From: Adineta vaga
Taxonomy: Eukaryota; Animalia; Rotifera
Direction: 5' to 3'
Assembly: GCA_021613535.1 (NCBI GenBank)
Contig: CP075492.1
Location: 16,864,001-16,928,000 of the forward strand
DNA: 64,000 nucleotides
Below are positions 26,430 through 38,201 of this stretch, piece by piece. A model generated the notes under the pieces. The model searched no databases. It was not told the origin of the DNA and saw only the letters and a program-made list of their open reading frames with translations. How positions within the stretch are numbered: position 1 is the stretch's first letter; each line of letters starts with the position of its first letter. A program made the translations under genes and the position numbers.

Positions 26430-29400
26430 ATGGCTACTACAACAAGTTTGACTCTAATTGATTTTTCTGTTTCTGGTGAAACACTTCAATTTGGAAATAA
26501 TGAAAAGAATATTTTAGCTTATTGGAAACAAATCAATGCATTTGAAACAAGCAATAAATTATCTAAAGATCGACCAAAGTAAATGATTATGAAAGAATTT
26601 CTTTAAAAGAAAATCTTCATTATTTTCAAGATATACTTTCTATGATGGACCACCATTTGCTACCGGTCTTCCTCATTATGGACACATCTTAGCGGGTACA
26701 ATTAAAGATACAGTTACACGTTGGGCATATCAAACAGGTCATCATGTTGAACGAAGATTTGGTTGGGGTAAGTTTTCTTCTTCAGGTATTTTGTTGATTT
26801 AAACAAATTCAATTTTGATTAGATTGTCATGGTATACCTGTGGTATGTATTGAATTTTATACGATTTGTATTCGATTGCATTTGATTTAGGAATATGAAA
26901 TTGATAAAAAATTTGGTATTAAAGGACCTGAGGATGTTGCTAAAATGGGTATTGCTACTTATAATAATCATTGTCGAGAAATTGTTATGAGATATGCTCA
27001 AGAATGGGAAGTATGGATTATTATTCATCAAGAGACTTTTTGTAATAAATCAACGAATTTAGGATATTGTTGATCGTATGGGTCGATGGATCGATTTTCG
27101 TCATGATTATAAAACAATGTATCCATGGTTTATGGAATCAGTTTGGTTTATTTTCAAACAATTATACGAAAAAGGTTTTGTTTATCGTAGTTTTAAAGTT
27201 ATGCCTTATTCTATGGGTTGTTGTACATCATTATCAAATTTTGAAGCTGGACAAAACTATAAAGATATAGACGATCCAGCTGTTTGGGTTTCATTCCCAC
27301 TTGTTAATGATCCAACAGTGAAATTAGTTGCATGGACAACAACACCATGGACATTACCATCCAATCTTGCACTTTGTGTTAATCCAAATTCAACATATGT
27401 GAAAGTTCTTGGTTTGTTTTTTACTTCTTTCTTTCATTGAAGATAAGTTTCGTATTTATTTTAATTCATTAGATAAAGCAAAAAATGAAACTTTTATTCT
27501 AATGGAAAAACGAGTTGGAGAACTCTATAAAAAACCTGATACTTATCAAGTTTTAGAAACGTAAGTTTAGTATCCTTCTCATTCCTTTTCATTTTCTTTT
27601 TCTTTTAGTTTTAAAGGATCTCATTTAAAAGAAATGCGTTATACACCATTATTTCCTTATTTTGCTAATGTAAATTTCTTTCCAATTGATTTTCTTCGAA
27701 TTAATTGTTTCTTTCAAATAGGTACCAACAGCATTTCGTGTTTTATGCGATGATTATGTAACAGAAGAAAGTGGTACTGGTATTGTTCATCAAGCTCCTT
27801 ATTTTGGTGAAGATGACTATCGTGTTTGTTTGGCTAATGGTGTTATTAATAAAGATACTGGACCTGTTGTTTGTCCAATTGATGCACAATGTCGATTTAC
27901 TGATGAAGTCAAAGATTTTCAAGGACAAAATGTCAAAGATGCTGATAAAGCAATTATTAAACATTTAAAAGAAGCGAAAAGACTTGTTCATCAATCAGTT
28001 ATGAAACATTCATATCCATTTTGTTGGAGAAGTGATACACCATTAATTTATCGTGCTGTTCCATCTTGGTTTGTTCGTGTTGAAGGAATGGTTGATCGTT
28101 TATTAGCGAATAATAGTAAAGCATATTGGGTACCTGATTTTGTAAAAGAAAAACGTTTTGCTAATTGGCTTCGTGATGCACGTGATTGGGCTATTTCACG
28201 TGATCGTTATTGGGGTAATCCGATGCCATTATGGATAAGTGAAGATGGTCAAGAAATTGTTTGTGTTGGTTCAATTGAAGAATTAAAACAATTATCCGGT
28301 ATTCAACTTGATGATATTCATCGAGAATTTGTTGATGAAGTAACAATTCCATCTCGATTAGGAAAAGGTTTATTACGACGTATTCCCCAAGTATTTGATT
28401 GTTGGTTTGAATCTGGTTCAATGCCTTATGCACAATTACATTATCCATTTGAAGGACGACAAACATTTGATGATACATTTCCAGCAGATTTCATTGCTGA
28501 AGGTATTGATCAAACACGTGGATGGTTTTATACATTATTAGTTATTTCAACGGCTTTATTTGATCAACCACCATTTAAAAATGTAATTGTTAATGGTATT
28601 GTTTTAACGAGTACTGCTGAAAAAATGTCGAAACGAAAGAAAAACTATCAAGATCCAAAACTTATTCTTGAGGAACATGGAGCTGATGCACTTCGACTTT
28701 ATTTAATTACATCACCTGTCGTACGTGGTGTATCATTGAAGTTTAAAGAAGAAGGTGTTCGTGATATTGTTAAAGATGTCTTTTTACCATGGTATAATGC
28801 TTTACGTCTTCTTATTCAATCATGCGATCAATTAAAAATGGATAAAAAAGTTACTTTTATCTACGATGAAAAACGTTTATATTCATCAATGGAATTAAAT
28901 ACAAATATTATGGATACATGGATCGTTTCTTATACACAAACTTTATTAGATTTTGTTAGACAAGAAATGGATGGTAAAATTTATCTTACAGAGAGAAAAT
29001 AGAAATTCGAATGAAAAACTTTTTCGTTGAATTTTAGCCTATCGATTATATACAGTCGTACCACGTCTTGTCAAATACATCGACATGTTAACTAATTGGT
29101 ATGTCAAATTAAACAAAAAGCGTTTTAAGGTAAGAAATATGTGTAATCGCATTTAATTTTGATTTACATAAAAATTAAACATTTGTTTATCGTTAGGGTG
29201 AAACAACATTGGAAGATTGTCTTGTTTCATTGAATGTTCTTTCTTATATTCTTTTAACAATGTCAAAATTAATGGGACCATTTACACCATTTCTTGCTGA
29301 ATATATGTATCAAGTCATAAGAAAATTAATGCCACCTTCAGCAACACCATCGGAACAAGATTTAAGTGTTCATTTTCAGTTAATGCCAAAATCTCAGTGA

Positions 29401-30568
29401 GTTATTGAATTTTTATTAAAAATTTTCTTTTGACGAAAAAAATTCTTTTAGAAAATCTTTGGTAAATAAAGAAATTGAACGAGGTGTTGCAGCTGTACAA
29501 ACAGTTATTTGCATGGGTCGAGTTGTACGAGAACGAAAAGTTGTTCCAATGAAAGTATGAAGAGAATTTTAAATGAAAAAAGAAAGATAAAAGTTGATTT
29601 CTTTTAGTATCCATTACCTGAATTTGTTATTATTCATAAAGATTCATCGGTATTAAAAGATTTACAGTCATTAGAAGATTTCGTTCGAGAAGTAAAATTC
29701 ATCGTTTTATTTGTATTTTATTTAATGAAATGTATTTTTTAGGGTTTAAATGTTCGAAAAGTAACACTTTCTCAAGATCGTGAACTTTATGGAGTTGAAA
29801 TGCATGCTGAACCTAATTTTCCAACATTAGGAAAGAAAGCCGGTGGTTCGTAGTTTTTTCGAAAAACGAAATTTCTCCGAAAGAAAAACATCTTTTTTAG
29901 GTAAAGTTAAAGTTGTAACTGAAAAGATTCGTGGTATGACAGATGCAGATATTGAAAAATTATTATCGGAAGGTGAAACAGAAAGTTCATTAACGATTAT
30001 TGAAGAAATTCCAATTGAACATGAAGATGTTCATATTGTTTATCATGTTGCTAAACAAACACAATTCGAAGCAACTGCTGAAGAAGGAGTAACAAAAACC
30101 AAATTTATTTTGAACTTTATATTCTTTCGTTTTCAATAGTTTGTTGTTTTACTTGATTATACACCTGATGCATCATTAATAGATGATGGTCTTGTTCGAG
30201 AAATTACAAGTCGTGTTCAAAGATTACGAAGAGAAGTTTGTAATTTAGTTCATTGAAAATTATTCTTTTTTTCTTCTTCTTCAGGCAAGAGTTAGACCAA
30301 CTGATGAGATTGTTATCTATTATTCAGTTGAACCACAAACAAGTGAAATTGCTCGTATTGCAGTTGAACGACAGAATGAAATTACAACTATCCTTGGGAA
30401 ACCATTTCTGCCTTTGGATAAAACACATAATCATAATATTATCAAAAAAGAGAAGATTACCGTAAGTTTTAACAAATTTTGGATTGAAACTTTTTCTTTT
30501 TCTACTTGATTGTTGTGTAGGTAAAAGATGGCGAAATTGAATTTGTTATTACTCAAATAACCGATTAA
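26430..30568 (+). CDS. IARS1: Isoleucyl-tRNA synthetase, cytosolic (eukaryotic) type, many short introns
   Basis: [16 protein letters not shown] (HIGH), [63 protein letters not shown] and KMSKR motifs. ATG at 26430, TAA at 30566-30568. Confidence 0.97.
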
Positions 30569-30635
30569 AACAAGACAAATCAAATTTACTTTTGTTTTGA
30601 TTTTAAACTCTTTTCTTTTTTCCGGTTATTCAACT

Positions 30636-30685
30636 TGAGGGAGTCGGTGTGGGTCAGGCTATACTCTTAACCCACACCCACACAC
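30636..30685. repeat. Inverted telomere-like element
   Basis: tgagggagtcggtgtgggt - caggctatactctta - acccacacccacacac. Confidence 0.85.
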
Positions 30686-30700
30686 ATTCTTCACGCACTT

Positions 30701-31138
30701 CTACATCTCGCTTGGATATTCATACGTAGGTCCATAAGAATCCCATTGTGCTTTACATTCAAGTACACGATCTTCACTTCCTGGAATAAATAAATCAACT
30801 AATTGGTCACCGTCTGAAATCATCTCAGCATGATCAATTATTTGTATAAACATTGTTTTTTCTTTTAATAAATCATTCATAAAATTTAATTGATAACAAA
30901 TACAGCAATAGGTAATATCTGACGTTGGGTAATATTTCATTGATCCATATCCATAAGCTAATTTATCATTAACAAACCATGGTTGTTGATTACTACACAT
31001 ATGCTGTGATGCATCTACTCGAATTACAAAGCCTCCAATCTTCACAGGTGTACCATGATCTGAAGGTGAATATCCATGCTTATAACATAATTTTACTGGA
31101 TTGTCACTTCGAAGTATATTCGCACTACCAGAATATAC
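30701..31138 (-). pseudogene. 5'-truncated GH45 endoglucanase-like fragment
   Basis: MCSNQQPWFVNDKLAYGY...CCICYQLNF...KTMFIQI...DLFIPG matches the GH45 core. The frame stays open upstream into the repeat element at 31139, and the N-terminal TTRYWDC motif is missing. Confidence 0.7.
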
Positions 31139-31216
31139 GGGATTTGGGTTTGGGTGGGTGTGGGTGTGGGTGTGTTAGTATTGTATCTATCTAATACCCA
31201 CCCACACCCACCCTCA
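31139..31216. repeat. Inverted telomere-like element
   Basis: gggtttgggtgggtgtgggtgtgggtgtg - ttagtattgtatctatctaat - acccacccacacccaccctca. Confidence 0.9.
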
Positions 31217-33002
31217 AGATAGTTGGTCAATCACAGAGAGGTTAATCGTATATTTATAAATAGTCGAAATCTCTTCTTGTGATATTTCGCAACATTGAAT
31301 GAATTTTATTAAAAATATTTATCTTTCTCCTTATTTTACTTCTAATTTTTTGTCTGTTCTATTTAGGAAATATAATTTTCAAAATCATACATCATATAAA
31401 ACGACAAGTTTTCTTGAATTGAATACTTTTGAAATGTCATTAAATACAATAAAGATCAGTTAATTAACTTTTACTGATTATTACTATTCTTGCAATCTTA
31501 TTGAGTTTTATCGGTAATGATTTAAGGGTGTGGGGGATGAAAAGACACTCTCACCCGTCTTGAGGGGTAGGTGTAGGTGATTGCATAAATGTCATGAGAC
31601 GATTTATTGAATATTTTGAACACATCTTGTTTGAGTGATTATGTTTACAATCTTTTTATTTGAAATAAAATAAAAATCATCAGAGTACTGTATACCGATT
31701 GTATTGCATCTCTCGATCCGTTTTCTGTTTCTACTCAACTGATATATGTCCTCGGTCAGCTTTATTGTTATAAAATCAAGGAGGAAAAGCGAGACTTTCA
31801 TCGTATTTCTATGATACTTTCACGCTACTTAGAAATACGGAAATCTAACTTTTCCCCTTTGTAAAAAATTCATTCAGTATCAAGAAAAAGTTATTTTGTA
31901 ATGGATTGATCTTTTCTTGCTCAAAAAAAGTATAACCTTTTTACAATGAATTTTCTCATTATTCTTTCTTTCATTTATTCGACTGAACTATGTATATTTA
32001 TCATGAACTTCTCAAACTACAACCACACGTGATGAAGTTCCTCAGAAGTATATCACAATCAAATGAAGTCAAAATAAAGAAAACACGATAAGTCGAGACT
32101 GAAACAGCAAAGCAAATGTTTTAGGAACAATATGCAAGTACATTTGTACTTACAGCTCTTCGGTAAAAAAAAGTGCCAAAATACTGAGTATTATACTTAG
32201 TATCCAGTCTCTGGTCATTTAACAATGGATGAGCATGTAGAATGAAAATAATTACTCCCATCCAAATATGAATAGTTTATATAAATTTTTCATATAATCA
32301 TCAGATATTATAGAAAAATTGCTTGTTAAACTTTAATAAACTTTATTGACAGTATCTCGAACTACGATTTATTTGAAGAACATATGTTTAATATATGTAG
32401 ATAAAGATCTTCAATTAAATGACAAAGACAAAAAGATATGTTTTGTACTAATATACAAGTTGGAAAAGCTCACTCTTGAAAACAAACATAACTGAAAAAT
32501 AACGATCAAATAAACATCTTTCTGATAAAAGTATCGCCATACATGAAATAAAGAGAAATTTTGAGGTTGAATATGGCCAGTTGTTGACTTTTCTTAAATA
32601 TTGAATGTAGGTGCGTTCTTTTTATGCATTCACTCACTCACTCACATCTTCAAGAGACTTGTAATCGAAAAGGTATTTATAAAAACAATTTTTATATCAT
32701 AGTACATTTTCTTGCATTATATCAAATAAAATTTGACGAACGTCTTATTAAATAGATAATCATCATGAAAATGGTTGATTTAGTTTATAACTAATTTTGC
32801 ACGCGCACATACTCACACCTTTATTTTCACCAACCTTTATCTTACATTACAGATATCCTTTCAATATACTGTGGCAATAACACATCTTATCACAACAAAA
32901 TTTGTTCTATATTGCGCTGGATGAAATATTTCTTTCCATACCAGCTATATTTATTAAGATTATGTGAAAAAATAATTCTGTCTTCAAAATATTGACAAAA
33001 GT

Positions 33003-33974
33003 TTACATAACAACAACTACACGTTCTTTAGCATCTGTCGTTTCTTGCCATTTCTTTTCAATATCTGTTAATGATATTTCTAAAACAGATGTTGTAAGTT
33101 TTTCTTGAATAACCATTGGTATCATGGTTTCAAGACTTTTTAACATTTGTTTTAATGAGATAGAACCGAGACCACTTCCAATCATTTCAATATTTTTACT
33201 TCTTAATAATCCACCTGGTAACTGAATAGTTGTACCAGCCATCTGTCCTATTTGTATCCAACGTAAACGTTGTTCAGAATTTTTGCGCCTTGAATGAATA
33301 CCTGCCAAAGCAATCTCAGTTGGTTTTCCCCAAAGAAAATCCATAACAATGTCAGCATCTGCAGCTTCTTTTGCTATTAATTCTTGATATTGAGCAAGAT
33401 CATCACTTAAAGAAATAGAAACATCTATGGTTCCTTCTTTGACTAATTGATCAAGAATAGATTGATTTCGGCCAACACCAATCACATGTTTTGCTCCAAG
33501 TAAGCGAGCTGATGTAGCAGCCATTTGACCTGAACTACCGGTTACACCAAGTACTAAGACTGTTTCACCTGATTGAATTTGTGCACGTTCAGTTATAGCT
33601 GTCCAAGATGCTAAACCAGCATTCATTATAGCAGCGAAAACAATTGGATCTGCATTATCCGGAAGTGGAATCATCATATCTTTATCAACATTAACTAATT
33701 GACTCATCGTACCATTAGGAGGTGCCATCTTAATAAAATAAACTTTTTTTCCATTAGGAAGTGTTCCAACACCATCTACACCAGGAATCATTGGTAATGT
33801 CTTTACTTTGGTATAGTGTTGACCATTAACAATTGATCGAACAATTTGATGTATACCGACTGCAATTACCTGAACTTGTATTTGATTTGTTGTCGGTGAT
33901 GGTACATCAACTAATTCACATATTGGTGTTTGTCCAATTGTTTTAACAACAGCAGCATGTGCTTGACAAAGCAT
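33003..33974 (-). CDS. MDR-family NADPH:quinone oxidoreductase-like protein (microbial type)
   Basis: Intronless 323 aa with LPMIPGVDGVG, GETVLVLGVTGSSG (Rossmann), MDFLWG and IQIGQMAG; no Zn-binding Cys cluster. Confidence 0.9.
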   Translation of the reverse strand: MLCQAHAAVVKTIGQTPICELVDVPSPTTNQIQVQVIAVGIHQIVRSIVNGQHYTKVKTLPMIPGVDGVGTLPNGKKVYFIKMAPPNGTMSQLVNVDKDMMIPLPDNADPIVFAAIMNAGLASWTAITERAQIQSGETVLVLGVTGSSGQMAATSARLLGAKHVIGVGRNQSILDQLVKEGTIDVSISLSDDLAQYQELIAKEAADADIVMDFLWGKPTEIALAGIHSRRKNSEQRLRWIQIGQMAGTTIQLPGGLLRSKNIEMIGSGLGSISLKQMLKSLETMIPMVIQEKLTTSVLEISLTDIEKKWQETTDAKERVVVVM

Positions 33975-34814
33975 TTTGTTCTATAATAAAGTAGATATAT
34001 TCGTAATAGTTGTTGTGAATTTTGTGCTTCTAAAATAAGAAAATGAAAATATGCGTTGAAACAGGTACTCCAATAGTTACTAATATATCCTACTTTCAGT
34101 CAGTATGATCGAGAATTGTTGTACTCTATAGAAATGAAAGAAAGAGGAAAAAGTACGACATTTATAAAACAAGGTGATAAGGCGATGGAATAAAGAACGC
34201 GTATAGAACGTACTTTCCGAACGCGTGCGAAACGCATGTATCAAACGTGTACGAATGAAATAATGTGTCACATAGGTTAATAAATAAACATAATGTACTT
34301 TCATCTTTTTTGAACAATTTGACATTTTCAAAACTTATGAATGGAATTTGTACTAGTAAAGTTGAAACGAACAGTTAAAAGAGGCGTTATTTATTTGTTT
34401 AAAAAACGTTTCTTGCTTTACCGCGCTAGTTTAAGTATATTTGTAAAAGACGCGAACACCTCGAAAGAAAAGATAGGTTAAATCTAGATACAACCTACGA
34501 CAAAAGTTAAAACGAATGCGATTTCTTCGTATTTTGTACATATTTTTTTCGAGTCTTTTTCTTATACTAAAAAATATTAATTTGGTTCAAACGTTGATCT
34601 GGATAGTATGAAAAGTCTACTACATGATTTATTGAAAGCAAAAAGCCCTTTTCTCTTTATAGAATTTCCATAGTTAAAATGATATATTTCGTGATAATAT
34701 ACTTCTCTTGAGCTTCTCAGTATTTCTCATTTCGTAACCAGAAAACCTACTAGAATTTAATGATCAAATGCATCAAACGATAGAGCATTGCAAACTCTAT
34801 TGATTGTGAAAAAA

Positions 34815-34869
34815 GGATGGGTGTGGGTGTATCTATCTATTACTTGCAGCTACACCTCACCCACACCCA
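34815..34869. repeat. Inverted telomere-like element
   Basis: ggatgggtgtgggtgta - spacer - tacacctcacccacaccca. Confidence 0.85.
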
Positions 34870-35267
34870 AGATTTCTTGGATACCATCAAAACAATTGTA
34901 CAGTAATTTCAAATGAGCAATCCAATGTTGATCCTTATATTTATGCATTAAATATTAAAAAAACCTCTGCCGTAAATCAAAAGATAACATTACAAAGACA
35001 TTTCTAAGTTATATTTCAGCATTATTTTAATCTCTGTATTTATTTTTTCATTATCAACTCGCTCATTTAACTCTATCACTCATTCTGACTATCGTATTTA
35101 ACACAAAAATAATCTTTAAATTTCAATGGAAACAGCAGAATTATAAGTCAGTTTTATATTTCAAAACACATACTCGGCCTGAACCCAAGTTTAGTTATAT
35201 CCGTACACCGTAAAAAGAACTTCTGCGTATATTGACAAAAAAAACCGATCAGTCGATGGTGACTATA

Positions 35268-36443
35268 CTAATTCGCATTCTTATGATTTCTATAACGTTG
35301 ACAAAGTTCATCAAAATATGGTGATTGATTAATTAATTGAAAACAAAAAAGCATGTTACTGCGAAGTTGTTTTTTAAGATCGTCAAGTGGTCTAATCTGT
35401 TGGTCAGACAAATATTGGTGTGTTAACTGCGAGTCATTCAGCTTTAAAATTATCACTAATAATTCAATTAGACTTCCGCGTCCGTAAGGATCTATCTCTT
35501 TAGCCGCTGATGTTACATTGTCCGATCGTCCAATCAAAGGTTGTGATTCAGTGGGTTCGTACGGATTAATAACATTTGTACCACAATCAACTAATTCTTC
35601 CAATAAGTTTTCTGAAACTTCCGAACTTTTTAAGAAAATTAAATCAATTAATTTTTGCAAACGCGCTGCTCGACGCTTAAACTTCGACGTATTGCAGCAA
35701 GATCCAATAGTCTCTCTAAAATAATCGATCAAACTATATTCCAATGACATATAGGGAAAAAAACAAGTTGAAACGCTTTGAGGATGTGAATTCGATGAAC
35801 TTCTTATACAAACATCGATAAGATATAATGTTAAGTACTGTTGCGATTCTTCTATATTTGATGATTGCTCAGTAATGGGTATGTTTAACTGTTTGCATAT
35901 TCGAACAGTTATGTGATCATTATTAAAAGGTGTATTTCCATATTTCAATCGAATACACATGTCACTCAAAGTGAATTCATTTGTTTCGAATAAATTATAC
36001 AAAAAAGTTTTTGTACTTTGAATAATTTCATCAAATTGTGAACGAAAAACTTCATCGATGTAATCACAAACTAAACTTAAATTACCAATTGGAGTTTCTG
36101 TGTAATCATTACAATTTATCAAACGAATTGAACTGTTTGTTAAAAAATCATAATTGTTTTTCATTAAAAATTGATACATACCACATTTTACATCTTGATT
36201 ATTAATTTCAAAATCGAAATCTGTCGGCTTATAATCATTAAGATGGTAATCAATACAGGTACCTCCTTTAACTATCATCATATCTCTTATATGAGTTGGA
36301 AATATTGAATATAACGACTGGGTATATTGTAACCATGATTTTTCAGTTGGAAACAGAATTTCAAGAATTTTTTTCAATAAATCTTGTTCAACAGAACTTC
36401 GTCTATGAATATCACTAAATATCTGAGATGTTTTATTATCCAT
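35268..36443 (-). CDS. Pol-beta superfamily nucleotidyltransferase-like protein
   Basis: hG[GS]-x-DhD signature IVKGGTCIDYHLNDYKPTDFDFEI, candidate third Asp in YLIDVCI and basic helix KFKRRAARL; single coding exon of 391 aa. Confidence 0.7.
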   Translation of the reverse strand: MDNKTSQIFSDIHRRSSVEQDLLKKILEILFPTEKSWLQYTQSLYSIFPTHIRDMMIVKGGTCIDYHLNDYKPTDFDFEINNQDVKCGMYQFLMKNNYDFLTNSSIRLINCNDYTETPIGNLSLVCDYIDEVFRSQFDEIIQSTKTFLYNLFETNEFTLSDMCIRLKYGNTPFNNDHITVRICKQLNIPITEQSSNIEESQQYLTLYLIDVCIRSSSNSHPQSVSTCFFPYMSLEYSLIDYFRETIGSCCNTSKFKRRAARLQKLIDLIFLKSSEVSENLLEELVDCGTNVINPYEPTESQPLIGRSDNVTSAAKEIDPYGRGSLIELLVIILKLNDSQLTHQYLSDQQIRPLDDLKKQLRSNMLFCFQLINQSPYFDELCQRYRNHKNAN

Positions 36444-36600
36444 CGACGATCTGAAAAAGAAAAATTTTTAATAATAATCTTTCGTCTATTCTCTGTCGTA
36501 TTTTAACTGATGTGAATGAGCAAACAAACTGCAACGAATGCATAACTCTTTTTAGGTTTCTTTTCGATTTTTTTTCTGTATGAAATAACAACCATCTTGA

Positions 36601-36646
36601 GAGTGAGTGTGTGGTGGGTGTGGGTAAAAAAGAGACATCCACACCC
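36601..36646. repeat. Inverted telomere-like element
   Basis: gagtgagtgtgtggtgggtgtgggt - aaaaaagag - acatccacaccc. Confidence 0.8.
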
Positions 36647-36734
36647 ATTTTAGTATCTATTTTTGTGAATAAATGTACAAGATTATTTATTGGTAGAGCA
36701 TTTACCAAATCATATACAACAATAAAAACAATAT

Positions 36735-37436
36735 TTATAAATTAATAGTATCGATATTCTGCTCTTGAGAAGATACCACAGATCTTCGTCTATTCTTTTT
36801 TATTTGATTCCAAAATTGTGGTACAAATCCTAGAATATATAGAAAAGGTGTTCCAGCAGCAATATATTGTGGAATACTTTGACTTGTAGCACCCCAAATA
36901 CTGAAACAAATAATGATCAATATACAACATATGAGAAACCATAATGGAAAAAGAATATTGGAATGAAGAGGAGCTTTTGATCGTTGTACGAATAAATAGA
37001 AAATGACGATAGTATGTAAAACAAAATATGTTACAAATGATGAAAACATTCCAATGGCACCAGTCACATGAAGAGGTGCATTATGATCTACACTTACAAT
37101 TGCCATAATCAAAAGAAATATCGTTACAATAAGTGCAATAGAATGAATAATATAAAGAATAACATGATGAATAATAGATTGAGAATGTAAAAGAAATCGT
37201 AATCGACCAAAAATAACTAATAAAAATTGTGGAATTAAAACAATAAAACCAGCAACAAAATACTTATAAGCAGGACCTTTTGCAAGTAATGAAATATTTG
37301 GTAATTTCTGTCGATACGAATTATTATTTTTCAACACTTGATTGCATACAACTAATGTTAAAATAAATGTAATAATAGATGTAAATGATAATATAATCAA
37401 AAGCCAATACCAAATTAATTTCAGAATTCGATTCAT
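36735..37436 (-). CDS. Frag1/DRAM/Sfk1 (TMEM150-like) six-TM protein
   Basis: Six hydrophobic helices, LPNIS after TM1 (the family P.IS motif) and LHVTGA..MF (the family H..GA..F motif). Confidence 0.75.
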   Translation of the reverse strand: MNRILKLIWYWLLIILSFTSIITFILTLVVCNQVLKNNNSYRQKLPNISLLAKGPAYKYFVAGFIVLIPQFLLVIFGRLRFLLHSQSIIHHVILYIIHSIALIVTIFLLIMAIVSVDHNAPLHVTGAIGMFSSFVTYFVLHTIVIFYLFVQRSKAPLHSNILFPLWFLICCILIIICFSIWGATSQSIPQYIAAGTPFLYILGFVPQFWNQIKKNRRRSVVSSQEQNIDTINL

Positions 37437-37525
37437 CGTATAATTATTTGGTGAGAGTTGAGAGAGAAAAAAAGAATAAATCCATTTTTTCTAATCTTAT
37501 CGTTATGACAGAAAGAGAAAAAAGC

Positions 37526-37547
37526 TGTTGTTGTTGTTGTTGTTGTT
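37526..37547 (+). repeat. (GTT)7 microsatellite
   Basis: gttgttgttgttgttgttgtt is directly visible. Confidence 0.9.
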
Positions 37548-37715
37548 CTTCATTCTTCTCTCGTCAATATTTATAATATACTCCAAGGAAAGTAATAATA
37601 TAACATCGTTTTTTTTCTGTTCTTTTCTGAATATATGTGACGATGTATTGCCATTAGATCAACAGATAAAAGACAGAGCAGACTAAAATTAAAGAGAAAA
37701 TCATCGAAGATTTCT

Positions 37716-37771
37716 TGAGGATGTGGGTGTAGATGAAAGTACAGAGCCCACACAGACAATCATTCGCACCC
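37716..37771. repeat. Inverted telomere-like element (degenerate)
   Basis: tgaggatgtgggtgtag - spacer - cccacac...cgcaccc; a lone C arm follows at 37884-37899. Confidence 0.65.
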
Positions 37772-38201
37772 ATTCATGGAGTTGATAAACTTTCGATTTA
37801 ATTCTTTTTAGATTGAATTGGGTAAAAAATAAAGTTTAAAGAATCTTGAAGATGAAAGAACCGATGGATAATAAAAATTGATAACCCACACCCACATCCG
37901 CTAGGGGTTGCAATAAAAGCTTTTTTTTATATCGAAGCGTAATATTTAATTTGAAAGAAAATAACAATTTCACTTTTTTATCAAACATGAATGATAAGAA
38001 GGAGCAGAAGCAAATATTTAAAGTCTTTATCCTATAATACTGCATCGTAAATCATGGATGACAGTTTATCAGATGAAAAAAAGGGTATAATAAATCAGTT
38101 AGTTCTGCTTCAGCTAATGGATAGGTAAGATTTGTGCACAATTGTTTCAATTTCTATCATATAACTAAAATAATTCTATACTGATTAGTGATAACAACGC
38201 A

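Noticed and set aside
36436-36708. 90-aa ORF bridging the DRAM-like and NTase genes
   Set aside because: It runs through a repeat element and a splice-acceptor tract and has no protein-like features.
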